A stretch of 64,000 bases of DNA from an uncultured virus (IMG/VR IMGVR_UViG_3300028557_000015). Lineage: Duplodnaviria; Heunggongvirae; Uroviricota; Caudoviricetes. The notes below the pieces were generated by a model. It was not told where the DNA came from. It made no database searches and worked only from the letters and a program-made list of their open reading frames with translations. Below, piece after piece: positions 1 to 8,591 of the stretch (the first letter of the stretch is position 1; every line of letters starts with the position of its first letter). A program made the translations under genes and the position numbers. The stretch lies in IMG/VR virus record IMGVR_UViG_3300028557_000015, positions 1 to 64,000 of that record; one strand, 5' to 3'.

Positions 1-912
1 GTCCCACATAAAGTCAATTACCATTTGTGATTGTTCTTCTGTGAAATCGTAATCACTAAACAAACCACCTTCAGCATCACGATGGACCTGCTTGATACGC
101 AACATTTTGTCACGATCACCGTCAATAGTCAGGTCCAGAAAGTGACAACGTGACTGCAATGCCTCTAAGTGATCCTGCAATTTCTTAGACTTCAAGTTGC
201 CGAATTTCAAGTTAGTGATAAAGATAGCACTACCATTGAAGTTGAAAGTATTCGGGATACCTTCTTCACGCAACAAACGACTATCACTATTCCAGCAAAT
301 TCTACGAGTCTTACCTGAATCTAATGCGGCCTTAAGAATGTTCAATGCCAAGTCATCAGTAAAAACACTATCGCAATCATCGAAAATCAATACGTTTTTA
401 GTGTCAGAATATTTGTACAACTGAGCATACAAACCCAATGCAGTCATCGCACCTTTAACAATGTTAAAGCGAACACGTTTACCTGCAAGTTTGTCAAACA
501 TACTTGCCTTTTCCATTTGTGTCTCAACACCATATGACTTACCGACACCGGGCGGGCCTGATACAATCATAGCACGAATGTCACCATTGATTGCCGCACG
601 TGACATTTCATCGAGGACCTCGAAACGAGCCGCAATACGGTCCATTGCTTCTGTTTCTGTTTCTTTAGCTTGTTCAGCTTTTGCAAATTTTACTGTATTT
701 TCTGTCATAGATTCTCCATTCAAAAATTCAATTTCATTGATACTATCAACAAGCACCTTGACTTCAGGTATGTTGATTGCGAATTGACCGTCATTTTTAA
801 CAGTCACATAACCACCTTTAGCACCGGTCTGAAAACCTTTAACTAATGTAAACTCTGTATTGACTACAGATTGTTTACGATAAGAGCCAGAGAGAATGCG
901 AATAGTAGACAT
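1..912 (-). CDS. AAA+/P-loop ATPase, runs off window start (not in ORF track)
   Basis: Hand translation from ATG at 912 (MSTIRILSGSY...). Walker A SGPPGVGKS and Walker B VLIFDDCD; frame open to position 1; SD AAGGA and a sigma70 promoter upstream. Confidence 0.85.
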   Translation of the reverse strand, partial: MSTIRILSGSYRKQSVVNTEFTLVKGFQTGAKGGYVTVKNDGQFAINIPEVKVLVDSINEIEFLNGESMTENTVKFAKAEQAKETETEAMDRIAARFEVLDEMSRAAINGDIRAMIVSGPPGVGKSYGVETQMEKASMFDKLAGKRVRFNIVKGAMTALGLYAQLYKYSDTKNVLIFDDCDSVFTDDLALNILKAALDSGKTRRICWNSDSRLLREEGIPNTFNFNGSAIFITNLKFGNLKSKKLQDHLEALQSRCHFLDLTIDGDRDKMLRIKQVHRDAEGGLFSDYDFTEEQSQMVIDFMWD

Positions 913-943
913 TTGTTTCCTTTATTTCAGTGTCAATACAAGT

Positions 944-972
944 ATTGTATCACGTTATCCATTTATTGTCAA
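944..972 (-). promoter_or_regulatory. sigma70-type early promoter
   Basis: TTGACA (972-967), 17 nt spacer, TACAAT (949-944), extended -10 TG. Confidence 0.85.
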
Positions 973-982
973 ATTTTGTGCC

Positions 983-1366
983 TTAAGCGGCCTTACGAAA
1001 ATACCCATAGGGTAAGCTAAGTGTCCAAGCCAAATACTCATCATCACCGTTAGTGTCCTCAGCTTCGTGGATCCAACGCATAGCGGTAGCACGGTCCTTA
1101 GCACCAAGTTGAATCAACGATTGAATCCGTTGCTCAAAAACAACAGTTGCCTCTGTTTCGGCCTCTTTACGGGCCTTATCTTCGGCTTCAATAGCCACAC
1201 CTAGTCCTTCAAACTCAGCTTCAAACTGCTCCAAAGTCCAAGTTGAAGTGTCAACACCACGAGGGCGAACACCATAAGCGTCCTTGTACATATCCCAATA
1301 TATAGATTGGGCTTGTTCCAATTGTGTCAACTCTTCCCAAGATTTGAATTCTGTAGTCATTTCCAA
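983..1366 (-). CDS. hypothetical phage protein
   Basis: 127-aa ORF with SD (AAGGA) and its own promoter; YKDAYGVRPR motif. Confidence 0.7.
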   Translation of the reverse strand: MEMTTEFKSWEELTQLEQAQSIYWDMYKDAYGVRPRGVDTSTWTLEQFEAEFEGLGVAIEAEDKARKEAETEATVVFEQRIQSLIQLGAKDRATAMRWIHEAEDTNGDDEYLAWTLSLPYGYFRKAA

Positions 1367-1393
1367 GTCCTTTTCTTTACTGTCTAAGATTCT

Positions 1394-1422
1394 ATTATAG
1401 CAGAAAGCCCATTTATTGTCAA
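1394..1422 (-). promoter_or_regulatory. sigma70-type early promoter
   Basis: TTGACA, 17 nt spacer, TATAAT, extended -10 TG. Confidence 0.9.
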
Positions 1423-1463
1423 ATTTTGGCTACTAAATTAGCGTAGCTTTTGTTCGAACCCAT
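1419..1463 (-). CDS. possible 14-aa mini-ORF MGSNKSYANLVAKI
   Basis: SD-like GAAAGG, ATG at 1463, TGA inside the next -35 box; only ORF behind the 1491-1519 promoter. Confidence 0.3.
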   Translation of the reverse strand: MGSNKSYANLVAKI

Positions 1464-1490
1464 GTGCACCTTTCAACTGAATAAGACTCT

Positions 1491-1519
1491 ATTGTATACC
1501 CAAACCGATTTATTGTCAA
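1491..1519 (-). promoter_or_regulatory. sigma70-type early promoter
   Basis: TTGACA, 17 nt spacer, TACAAT. Confidence 0.85.
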
Positions 1520-1532
1520 CCTTTTGCACAAA

Positions 1533-1540
1533 CATAAATA
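1533..1540 (+). promoter_or_regulatory. T4-late-like promoter box CATAAATA
   Basis: 6 nt upstream of ATG 1547, no SD. Confidence 0.55.
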
Positions 1541-1546
1541 AAATTT

Positions 1547-2842
1547 ATGAATAGAATACTAGTAGCATTTGATTATTGGGGCCCGAATTATCCACTAAGG
1601 AATAATCAAAACTTTAATAAATCATTTTCAGAGTTAATAGTTGACGATACCAGTTGTGAGTTTTTTAATAAGATACCAAGATATGAATGTGTACCATCAT
1701 CCATTTTAAAAGATAAAGATTTATTTATTTACCCTATAATAATAGGATTCGGTCAATATGAATGGCCGTATAATACTGATATTGATATATTATCATCAAC
1801 CTCAATGTCAATTAATGTAGCTAATAGCATACGTAGTAGAAATGGATTTTTATTTTTAGATTTAGGTAACGAGTCGGCAATGACAGATTCTTTATTAGAT
1901 AAGGTGCATTCATATATTTTAAGTAAGGATATTCCATTAAGAAAGGTTATATTTCAAATCGGAAATTGTAATGGAATAGAAATATATAAAAATTATTGTT
2001 TCAGAAAAGGAATTATTTTTGAAAAAGCAATGAATATATCTTGTATTGAATACTTTGAATGGCATACAAGTAAACACTACCATGTAGGTATCAATAATCA
2101 AGGATTTATACCTTTACCAAAAAATGTAGATTATAGTAAAATTGAAAAAACATTCTTATGTTTAAATAACAGACAGCGGCAACATAGAAAAAATCTGTTT
2201 ATACTATGGAATTTAAATGATTTAATTAAAGATAGTTTTTATACAATGCCTAATAAATCCGGATATACGCTTGACACTAAAACATATAGTCTTAATGATT
2301 ATATAGATACTAATTTAATGTGCAGGGTTGGGGCAACACCTGAATACATTGATGAAATAGGAAAAACGTTGCCACTTACACTTGATGACCCTAGACCAGT
2401 AAATTTATTATCTTTGTTTGTATCGATTGGTGCGTATTATCAAAGTAGTTTAATAAGTGTGGTCACTGAAACTAATTTTGAGGGATCTGAGGTGTCTGAT
2501 ATTTTTAATACAGAAAAGATATTTAAACCAATGATTCATAGACACCCATTTATTTTAGTAGGCCCATATAAAACATTAGAACATTTAAAAAATATGGGAT
2601 ATAAAACATTTAGTGAGTTTTGGGATGAGAGTTATGATGATATTGAAGATCCTACTGAACGATTATTAAAAATAGTTGAATTATGTAAATCCATATATGA
2701 ATGGAGTGACACAGAAAAAAAGAAGTTTTTTTATAAATCAATGATTGTTACTAATCATAATCATAAACTCTTAACAGAATGTTATCCCAATAACATGCGT
2801 AAAAACTTTTGGCATGAATTTAAGAATATAAACCATGAATAG
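1547..2842 (+). CDS. putative glycosyltransferase-like protein (GT10-like C-terminal motif), paralogue 1
   Basis: FLCLN..R.HR and VVTETNF...FNTEKIFKPMIHRHPF motifs resemble the GT10 ENS...TEK motif. Confidence 0.5.
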   Translation: MNRILVAFDYWGPNYPLRNNQNFNKSFSELIVDDTSCEFFNKIPRYECVPSSILKDKDLFIYPIIIGFGQYEWPYNTDIDILSSTSMSINVANSIRSRNGFLFLDLGNESAMTDSLLDKVHSYILSKDIPLRKVIFQIGNCNGIEIYKNYCFRKGIIFEKAMNISCIEYFEWHTSKHYHVGINNQGFIPLPKNVDYSKIEKTFLCLNNRQRQHRKNLFILWNLNDLIKDSFYTMPNKSGYTLDTKTYSLNDYIDTNLMCRVGATPEYIDEIGKTLPLTLDDPRPVNLLSLFVSIGAYYQSSLISVVTETNFEGSEVSDIFNTEKIFKPMIHRHPFILVGPYKTLEHLKNMGYKTFSEFWDESYDDIEDPTERLLKIVELCKSIYEWSDTEKKKFFYKSMIVTNHNHKLLTECYPNNMRKNFWHEFKNINHE

Positions 2843-4145
2843 AATATTAGTAGCCTTCGATTATTTCGCCCCCACTTATCCATTGCTTAATAATCAAAAT
2901 TTTAATCAACCATTAGATAAATTAGAAATAGATAATGGAGTATACGAGTTTTTTAAATCATTGGATGGGTTTGAATGCGTACCGTCATTATCATTAAAAG
3001 AACTTGATTATTTCGTATATCCAATTCGTTTAGGATTAGAGCCTGATGATTGGATAAATCGTCCAGAAATAGATTTATTAGCTACTACTAATATATCGAT
3101 TCATACATTTAATGGAATAAGAGGTAGAAATGGATTTTTACTTCTTGATTTGGGACATGAATCTATATTAAATGATAAAATTATAGATACTATCCATGAG
3201 TATTTAAAACTAAAAGATATTCCTTTAAGAAAGGTAATATTACAAACCGGTAGTGCAAATGGTGAAAAATACTATAAAGAATATTGTTTTAAAAAACAAA
3301 TTAGTAGAGGAATCAATATATGTTGTATAGAATATTTTGAATGGCTGAGTAGTAGATTAGTAACGGAAAATAAAAAAATTAATAATAAAATTCTTCCAAA
3401 AAACGTAGACTATAGTAAAATTGAAAAAACATTTCTATGCCTAAATAGAGTTCATCGATGGCATCGTGTTAATTTATTTGTGTTATGGAATATCAATAAT
3501 CTAATGGAAGATTCTTATTATACAATGAATAATAAATCCAATTTTCCTGTAGGTGAGGATTATGATAATGATATTTGGAGAAGAACTATTGATACTAGAT
3601 TAGTTAATAAATTAGGATTAACTGAAGAAGATATAGATAAAATACAAGTCACATTGCCTTTAAAAATAGATGAGTTTGTGGAACCAGATGTTATGGCTAA
3701 ATTATTTGGTACAGTAGATCCGTATTACCAACGTAGTTTAATTAGTATAGTTACTGAAACCAATTTTCAAAACAACGATATTTTTAATACAGAAAAGATA
3801 TTTAAACCAATGGTTCATAGGCACCCATTTATTCTAGTAGGTTCATATAAAACATTAGAATATCTAAAAGAACTGGGATATAAAACATTCAGTGATTTTT
3901 GGGATGAAACATATGATGATATTGAAGATCCATTTGAAAGATTATTAAAGATAGTAGAAATTTGTAAAGATATACAAAGTTGGAATGATGCTAAAAAGAA
4001 AAAGTTTTTCTATAAGTCAATGGTTATTACTAACCATAATTATGATTTATTAACTTCTCAATACCCTGACAATATGCGTAAAAGCTTTTGGCATAGATTA
4101 AGAGATTATGCTGTATTTCAACGGGATAAAGACAAACCTTTTTAA
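2835..4145 (+). CDS. putative glycosyltransferase-like protein, paralogue 2
   Basis: Same N-terminus MNRILVAFDY and same motifs as 1547..2842. Confidence 0.5.
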   Translation: MNRILVAFDYFAPTYPLLNNQNFNQPLDKLEIDNGVYEFFKSLDGFECVPSLSLKELDYFVYPIRLGLEPDDWINRPEIDLLATTNISIHTFNGIRGRNGFLLLDLGHESILNDKIIDTIHEYLKLKDIPLRKVILQTGSANGEKYYKEYCFKKQISRGINICCIEYFEWLSSRLVTENKKINNKILPKNVDYSKIEKTFLCLNRVHRWHRVNLFVLWNINNLMEDSYYTMNNKSNFPVGEDYDNDIWRRTIDTRLVNKLGLTEEDIDKIQVTLPLKIDEFVEPDVMAKLFGTVDPYYQRSLISIVTETNFQNNDIFNTEKIFKPMVHRHPFILVGSYKTLEYLKELGYKTFSDFWDETYDDIEDPFERLLKIVEICKDIQSWNDAKKKKFFYKSMVITNHNYDLLTSQYPDNMRKSFWHRLRDYAVFQRDKDKPF

Positions 4146-5167
4146 ATAAACCCTTTAATGACCTGACTATAATCATTCATAGCAGATTGTATTTTATTAT
4201 TGGTTGAGTTAGGTCTGCAAGGTTTACAGAAACTTGTTATAAAATTATTATAGATTTCTTTGTGTTTATCACTACACCATATATCTCTAAAATCATCATC
4301 TATCCAAGAACCTAATTTAGTATCTTCTCGGCCTTTATATTCACAGCAAAGATATATATTTCCGTCAGCACAAAAACTAGGGAACAAAAACATCTGATGG
4401 CAACGTTTATATTCTCTTGCATCATATCTACCTAATGATACGTCTGCCTTAATGCCATAAAATTCACTTGCAGTTTTAATCCTACTAGCAACTTCATCAT
4501 TCATAATAAAGCTATGACCATTCAATACCATAGGTCGTAGATGCACTGCACGTGCGTTAACATCTCTTGCGTATTCAAATATACTGTTGATTTCTAATTG
4601 GCTTGTGTTCTCTGGCATTAATAATGCTTTTATATCTAATGGAACACCTTTACTACCTAACTCTTTTGCAGTCTCTTTGACTCTACCAAAAGGGCTATCT
4701 GTCATTTTGCTTTTACGTATTAACTCATAAGTGTCAGGATTACCACTGTCAATATCAAGACCTACATAAGCCATACGCTTTAACTTATCAGTATCAATAG
4801 TTAATATCTTGTGTAGTTTTGTGCCGTTTGTATTCATAGCGGCAACATAACCTTTATCAATCACATCTTCCAATAAATCTTCATAGCCTGGAAGTAGTGT
4901 AGGTTCACCTCCACCACTGAAGATAACATTACTTAATGTTCCAATTACATTACTATCGTGTTGACGCCAAGTATGTAATCTGTCAATTAACTTGATATAT
5001 TGGTCCACAGTTTGATACACCGGCAACTCTGTTCTGAATTGTTCGGTGTTACAGTAATAGCAGGCTTGATTGCAGATATTTGTAGTGTCTAAATCTATCT
5101 GCCATGGTAGTATTTTACCTGGTATATTACCTTGTATCCAACGTGAGATTAATTGATACTGATCCAT
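4142..5167 (-). CDS. radical SAM protein with C-terminal SPASM/Twitch-like domain
   Basis: CNQACYYC, SGGGEP, NTNG; C-terminal C..ADGNIYLCC..CKPC. Confidence 0.9.
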   Translation of the reverse strand: MDQYQLISRWIQGNIPGKILPWQIDLDTTNICNQACYYCNTEQFRTELPVYQTVDQYIKLIDRLHTWRQHDSNVIGTLSNVIFSGGGEPTLLPGYEDLLEDVIDKGYVAAMNTNGTKLHKILTIDTDKLKRMAYVGLDIDSGNPDTYELIRKSKMTDSPFGRVKETAKELGSKGVPLDIKALLMPENTSQLEINSIFEYARDVNARAVHLRPMVLNGHSFIMNDEVASRIKTASEFYGIKADVSLGRYDAREYKRCHQMFLFPSFCADGNIYLCCEYKGREDTKLGSWIDDDFRDIWCSDKHKEIYNNFITSFCKPCRPNSTNNKIQSAMNDYSQVIKGFI

Positions 5168-5176
5168 CAGTCACTT

Positions 5177-5638
5177 TTATCCTATTGTAATATCTTCCAT
5201 GCCGGCTGTACGCAATCTTACAATGTGACCCATCTGCCATTGTTTAGCTTCAAGACCTTTCATAATTCCCAACCACTTATTTCTTAGTAATGCCACTTCA
5301 TTGATAAGTGTTTCAAAATCTACAACTTCATCTTCACCATCAACATACTTTTCAGCATCACGACTTGTCAATACTCTATTGTATGCTTCTAAGTATTTTT
5401 GAAAGTGTTTACGGCGAATTTGACGTAGTTTAATATTAAGATAGTTTAATACTGCTTCTATCTCTTGTAGTTGATTAAAACGATGTTCGGTATGTCCCGG
5501 AATAGCGGCAATGTTCTTTTCAACATTACCGTATACCTTTACCTCACTTTTTGCAGATAATAATTCATTCTCAAAATGAATGATAAAATCGGGTATCACA
5601 CTTAAATTTTGTGATACCCTTGTGTACCAATTTGACAT
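5177..5638 (-). CDS. uvsY: UvsY-like recombination mediator
   Basis: LTSRDAEKYVDGE and KGLEAKQWQMGHIVRLRTAGMED motifs; lies near uvsX. Confidence 0.8.
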   Translation of the reverse strand: MSNWYTRVSQNLSVIPDFIIHFENELLSAKSEVKVYGNVEKNIAAIPGHTEHRFNQLQEIEAVLNYLNIKLRQIRRKHFQKYLEAYNRVLTSRDAEKYVDGEDEVVDFETLINEVALLRNKWLGIMKGLEAKQWQMGHIVRLRTAGMEDITIG

Positions 5639-5887
5639 TTAATCCCATTCTTCGTGGTCTTCGTCTTCATCATATTCTTCATACTCTTCGGCATCGTGTT
5701 GATCGGTATAACCTTTTAACGCCTTAAGTACCTCTTTGTCATTCTTAAAGGCATCTTTAATTTCGTCTGCTTCATAATTGTTATCAATTAATAAATTGAT
5801 TAATGTGTCGGCAGCATCACCGCGTTCGTTGAAATCAATATGAGTTCGCAATGCGTCCCATACTTCAGTAACAAAATTTAAACTCAT
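5639..5887 (-). CDS. hypothetical acidic protein
   Basis: 82-aa ORF, translationally coupled to uvsX. Confidence 0.65.
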   Translation of the reverse strand: MSLNFVTEVWDALRTHIDFNERGDAADTLINLLIDNNYEADEIKDAFKNDKEVLKALKGYTDQHDAEEYEEYDEDEDHEEWD

Positions 5888-6951
5888 TCTGTACCCTCCT
5901 CCTCAGGTGTTACAGTACTTATCTTTGTTGTTGATTTTTGACCATACTCAGTCATAACTTTGTCTAAGCATCCGTCACTATTTGCTTCCCATGCTTTACG
6001 AAACTTTTTAATGATTTCACCATCAAGTGTTGTATAGACTAAACTGTTACCTTCTTTCTTAACAAGTTCAGCCTTCTCAATCATATCTAATAATCCTGAG
6101 TAAGGGCTCATACCTGTTTCGTAAGGAATCTTAACTTGTACAGATTCAAATGGTTTCGCATAACGAGTTTTCATAATTTTACATGCCGCACGAATTCCTC
6201 GCACATCACTAATCTTATTACCATCTTCATCTTCTTTAAGTTTTAGTTTCTTCATAGCAACAACGATACTTGATGCGTAAACGAAACCTTGGCCGCCTGA
6301 GATTTTATCATCTGGATCAAACATATCTTGACTAGCATATGTGTGATTAGTAGCAACTAAGCCAATACCCAATGAACCAAACATATTAACACAGTTACGA
6401 ACAAGTGCTGTTAGTGCTTTAGGCTTACGACCCATGTCACCTTTCATATCACCTGCTTCAAACTGATTAACATCAGTCGGAGTCAATAACATGCCCAAAG
6501 AGTCAATTACAAACAATACCTTAGGACGATCTGTTTCTGGTAGTGTTTTGTAATCTTTAACGAACATAGAAATAGTTTTTCCTACTTCGTCAATCATAGC
6601 CATGTTTAATTTTAATAGTTTATTATCAGCAGTATCCACACCAAGTGCGTGTAGCCATGCTTCGTCAAGGGCATTCTCTGAGTCAACTAAGACTACAAAA
6701 ATTCCTTGTTCTTGTGCGTGTCGGACGAGGTTTCCTGAGCAGATGAACGATTTCCCGGCGCCTGACTCTCCGGCAAAGACAGTAACTTTACCAAGAGGTA
6801 CGCCTTTATTAAAATCACCGCTAATGAGGTAGTTGAGAGCATAATTTCCTGTCGAGATCCAATCAGTAGGATCGTTAAATCCTATTGACAGACCTTCAAT
6901 ACTTTTTGTAATATCCTTACGGAACTTACTTACGTCAAAAGGTTTTGCCAT
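5884..6951 (-). CDS. uvsX: UvsX/RecA-like recombinase
   Basis: Walker A AGESGAGKS, VDSENALD, VIDSLG, NHTY, ISGG. Confidence 0.93.
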   Translation of the reverse strand: MAKPFDVSKFRKDITKSIEGLSIGFNDPTDWISTGNYALNYLISGDFNKGVPLGKVTVFAGESGAGKSFICSGNLVRHAQEQGIFVVLVDSENALDEAWLHALGVDTADNKLLKLNMAMIDEVGKTISMFVKDYKTLPETDRPKVLFVIDSLGMLLTPTDVNQFEAGDMKGDMGRKPKALTALVRNCVNMFGSLGIGLVATNHTYASQDMFDPDDKISGGQGFVYASSIVVAMKKLKLKEDEDGNKISDVRGIRAACKIMKTRYAKPFESVQVKIPYETGMSPYSGLLDMIEKAELVKKEGNSLVYTTLDGEIIKKFRKAWEANSDGCLDKVMTEYGQKSTTKISTVTPEEEGTE

Positions 6952-7143
6952 TTAACTATCCACTTCCATTGACAATGCTTCTTTGATTACAGCGAATAAT
7001 TCATCTTCTGTAGTGCAAAGAATCTTGCAGTTTGTCCAATCATTTTCATTATTACGACCGCCGACTTCAATCATAAAGCCATTGTCATATCGGTTAACAG
7101 TAAATGATTCATTTACTTTGTTTAATTTTTCTAAGTATTTCAT
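6952..7143 (-). CDS. hypothetical protein
   Basis: 63-aa ORF with SD AAGGA, abuts uvsX. Confidence 0.65.
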   Translation of the reverse strand: MKYLEKLNKVNESFTVNRYDNGFMIEVGGRNNENDWTNCKILCTTEDELFAVIKEALSMEVDS

Positions 7144-7151
7144 ATTATTCC

Positions 7152-7388
7152 TTATTTGTGTAGTCCATTGCTATATAGTTTATCACTATATGATACTTTA
7201 TCAAAGAGTTCCGGGCACTTATCTGCTAAATTATCAATCTCATAATCTTGTGGAAAATGCCGTAATGCAGTCCTTGCTTTATCTCTTATTAAACTAGGCA
7301 CTCTGGGTGTTTTACCCGGATCGCATAATTCTTCCAACAACCTTTTGCTTTGTTTTAGGGCACGGTATCGTTCATCTGGTAGTGTCAT
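7152..7388 (-). CDS. hypothetical protein (BPSL0761-like N-terminus MTLPDERYRA)
   Basis: SD AGGAG; family recalled from motif, not searched. Confidence 0.6.
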   Translation of the reverse strand: MTLPDERYRALKQSKRLLEELCDPGKTPRVPSLIRDKARTALRHFPQDYEIDNLADKCPELFDKVSYSDKLYSNGLHK

Positions 7389-7404
7389 CTAGTTCTCCTT
7401 TGGA

Positions 7405-7420
7405 AGGGGCCGTAGCCCCT
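7405..7420 (-). terminator. GC hairpin with C(UACG)G tetraloop after ssb
   Basis: AGGGGC-TACG-GCCCCT; weak U-tract, so a terminator or a stabilising hairpin. Confidence 0.5.
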
Positions 7421-7428
7421 AGCACCTA

Positions 7429-8433
7429 TTAAGACTTGTTTTGTCTAGCACGAATCATTGCTAGAATATCTTGTGCTTTGTCACTTGATGTGCCAGATGC
7501 CGGTACACTAACTGGTGCAGTTGTTGTTGCGGGTTCATCTTCCCATGGTGCTGAAGTTTCTGCTACGGGTGCTGTTGCGGTTGCTCTAGTTTCAGTAGTA
7601 GCTGTTTGTTTATCCGCTGTCGCTCCTGCAGGTGCTTCTAGTCCCCAAGGACGATAGTAACTACCCCAACGCTCATTGTCAAACGGTTGACCATCTACTG
7701 ATGCTTCAAACATTTCTTTAATGATGCGTAACTCTGCTTCATTAGGCTTCTTAGGTAAGAAGTCTGTTAAGTTGAACAAACCATGTGCTTCAATAGCGGC
7801 TTGTTCTGACTCATTCAATGGTGATTCTTTACGTGCCCAATTACTAGTAGAGTAATCTGCGTAGCCACCTTTACTTGTTTTCTTAATGTTGAAGTCAACA
7901 CCACGCAAGTAATCTGTTGGCAATTCTTCCATTTCAGGATCCATCAAACTAGATTTAATCACATTAAAAATTTGTGAGCTGATAACAAATCTGCGGATTG
8001 GATTTGCTGGTAATTTGTCGTCGCCTAGTGGATTCTGACGAACAAAACCTTGGAAGATGTAACTACGTTTCTTCCAATACTTGTTAGCCATTTCTTTCAA
8101 TGTTTCGTCTTTGTACCAAGGACGAACTTCTGCCAAGATTGGGCAAGTCTCACCTGTACCATACATTTCAATACAAGGTACTTGAACAACTATTTGTTTA
8201 ATGTTTGAATCACCCTTGACACCATTGAACGGCAACTTAATCAGTTGACGCTCTACCCAGAAAAATGTATTACTACTATTTGCATCGGGCAAGAAACGAA
8301 CTGTGGCTGTTGTGCCTTCGTCAATATTCCAATGGGGATAGATAGAGTTATCTGATTGAGTATTAGAACTCTTGTTGTTTGTTTTGTTGTCTTGTGCCGC
8401 GATACGAGCACGAATGTCTGCTAATGATGCCAT
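7429..8433 (-). CDS. 32: gp32-like single-stranded DNA-binding protein
   Basis: ATVRFLPD, CPIL, YWKKRSY, KGGYADYSTS motifs; low-complexity C-terminal tail. Confidence 0.9.
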   Translation of the reverse strand: MASLADIRARIAAQDNKTNNKSSNTQSDNSIYPHWNIDEGTTATVRFLPDANSSNTFFWVERQLIKLPFNGVKGDSNIKQIVVQVPCIEMYGTGETCPILAEVRPWYKDETLKEMANKYWKKRSYIFQGFVRQNPLGDDKLPANPIRRFVISSQIFNVIKSSLMDPEMEELPTDYLRGVDFNIKKTSKGGYADYSTSNWARKESPLNESEQAAIEAHGLFNLTDFLPKKPNEAELRIIKEMFEASVDGQPFDNERWGSYYRPWGLEAPAGATADKQTATTETRATATAPVAETSAPWEDEPATTTAPVSVPASGTSSDKAQDILAMIRARQNKS

Positions 8434-8514
8434 GATAATATTTCCTTATAAAATTGAGATGGTCTCGTTTTTTAATATTCGCTACTTCCCTATGAAGTAG
8501 CTAACATTAGAGAT

Positions 8515-8554
8515 AGTATAGCAGTACTATCTCTCAATGTCAATAGTATTTATC
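8515..8554 (-). promoter_or_regulatory. tandem late box and sigma70 promoter for ssb
   Basis: GATAAATA (8554-8547), TTGACA (8543-8538), 17 nt spacer, TATACT (8520-8515); overlapped by an inverted repeat at 8505-8539. Confidence 0.75.
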
Positions 8555-8591
8555 CCGTTTGTGGGTAAACACATTTTTTTCTACGGTTTTT

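Noticed and set aside
197..787. Plus-strand ORFs 197..424 and 461..787
   Set aside because: Antisense shadows of the minus-strand AAA ATPase 1..912
1450..1465. GGTTCGAAC T-loop-like motif on the minus strand
   Set aside because: No T-stem complement or cloverleaf
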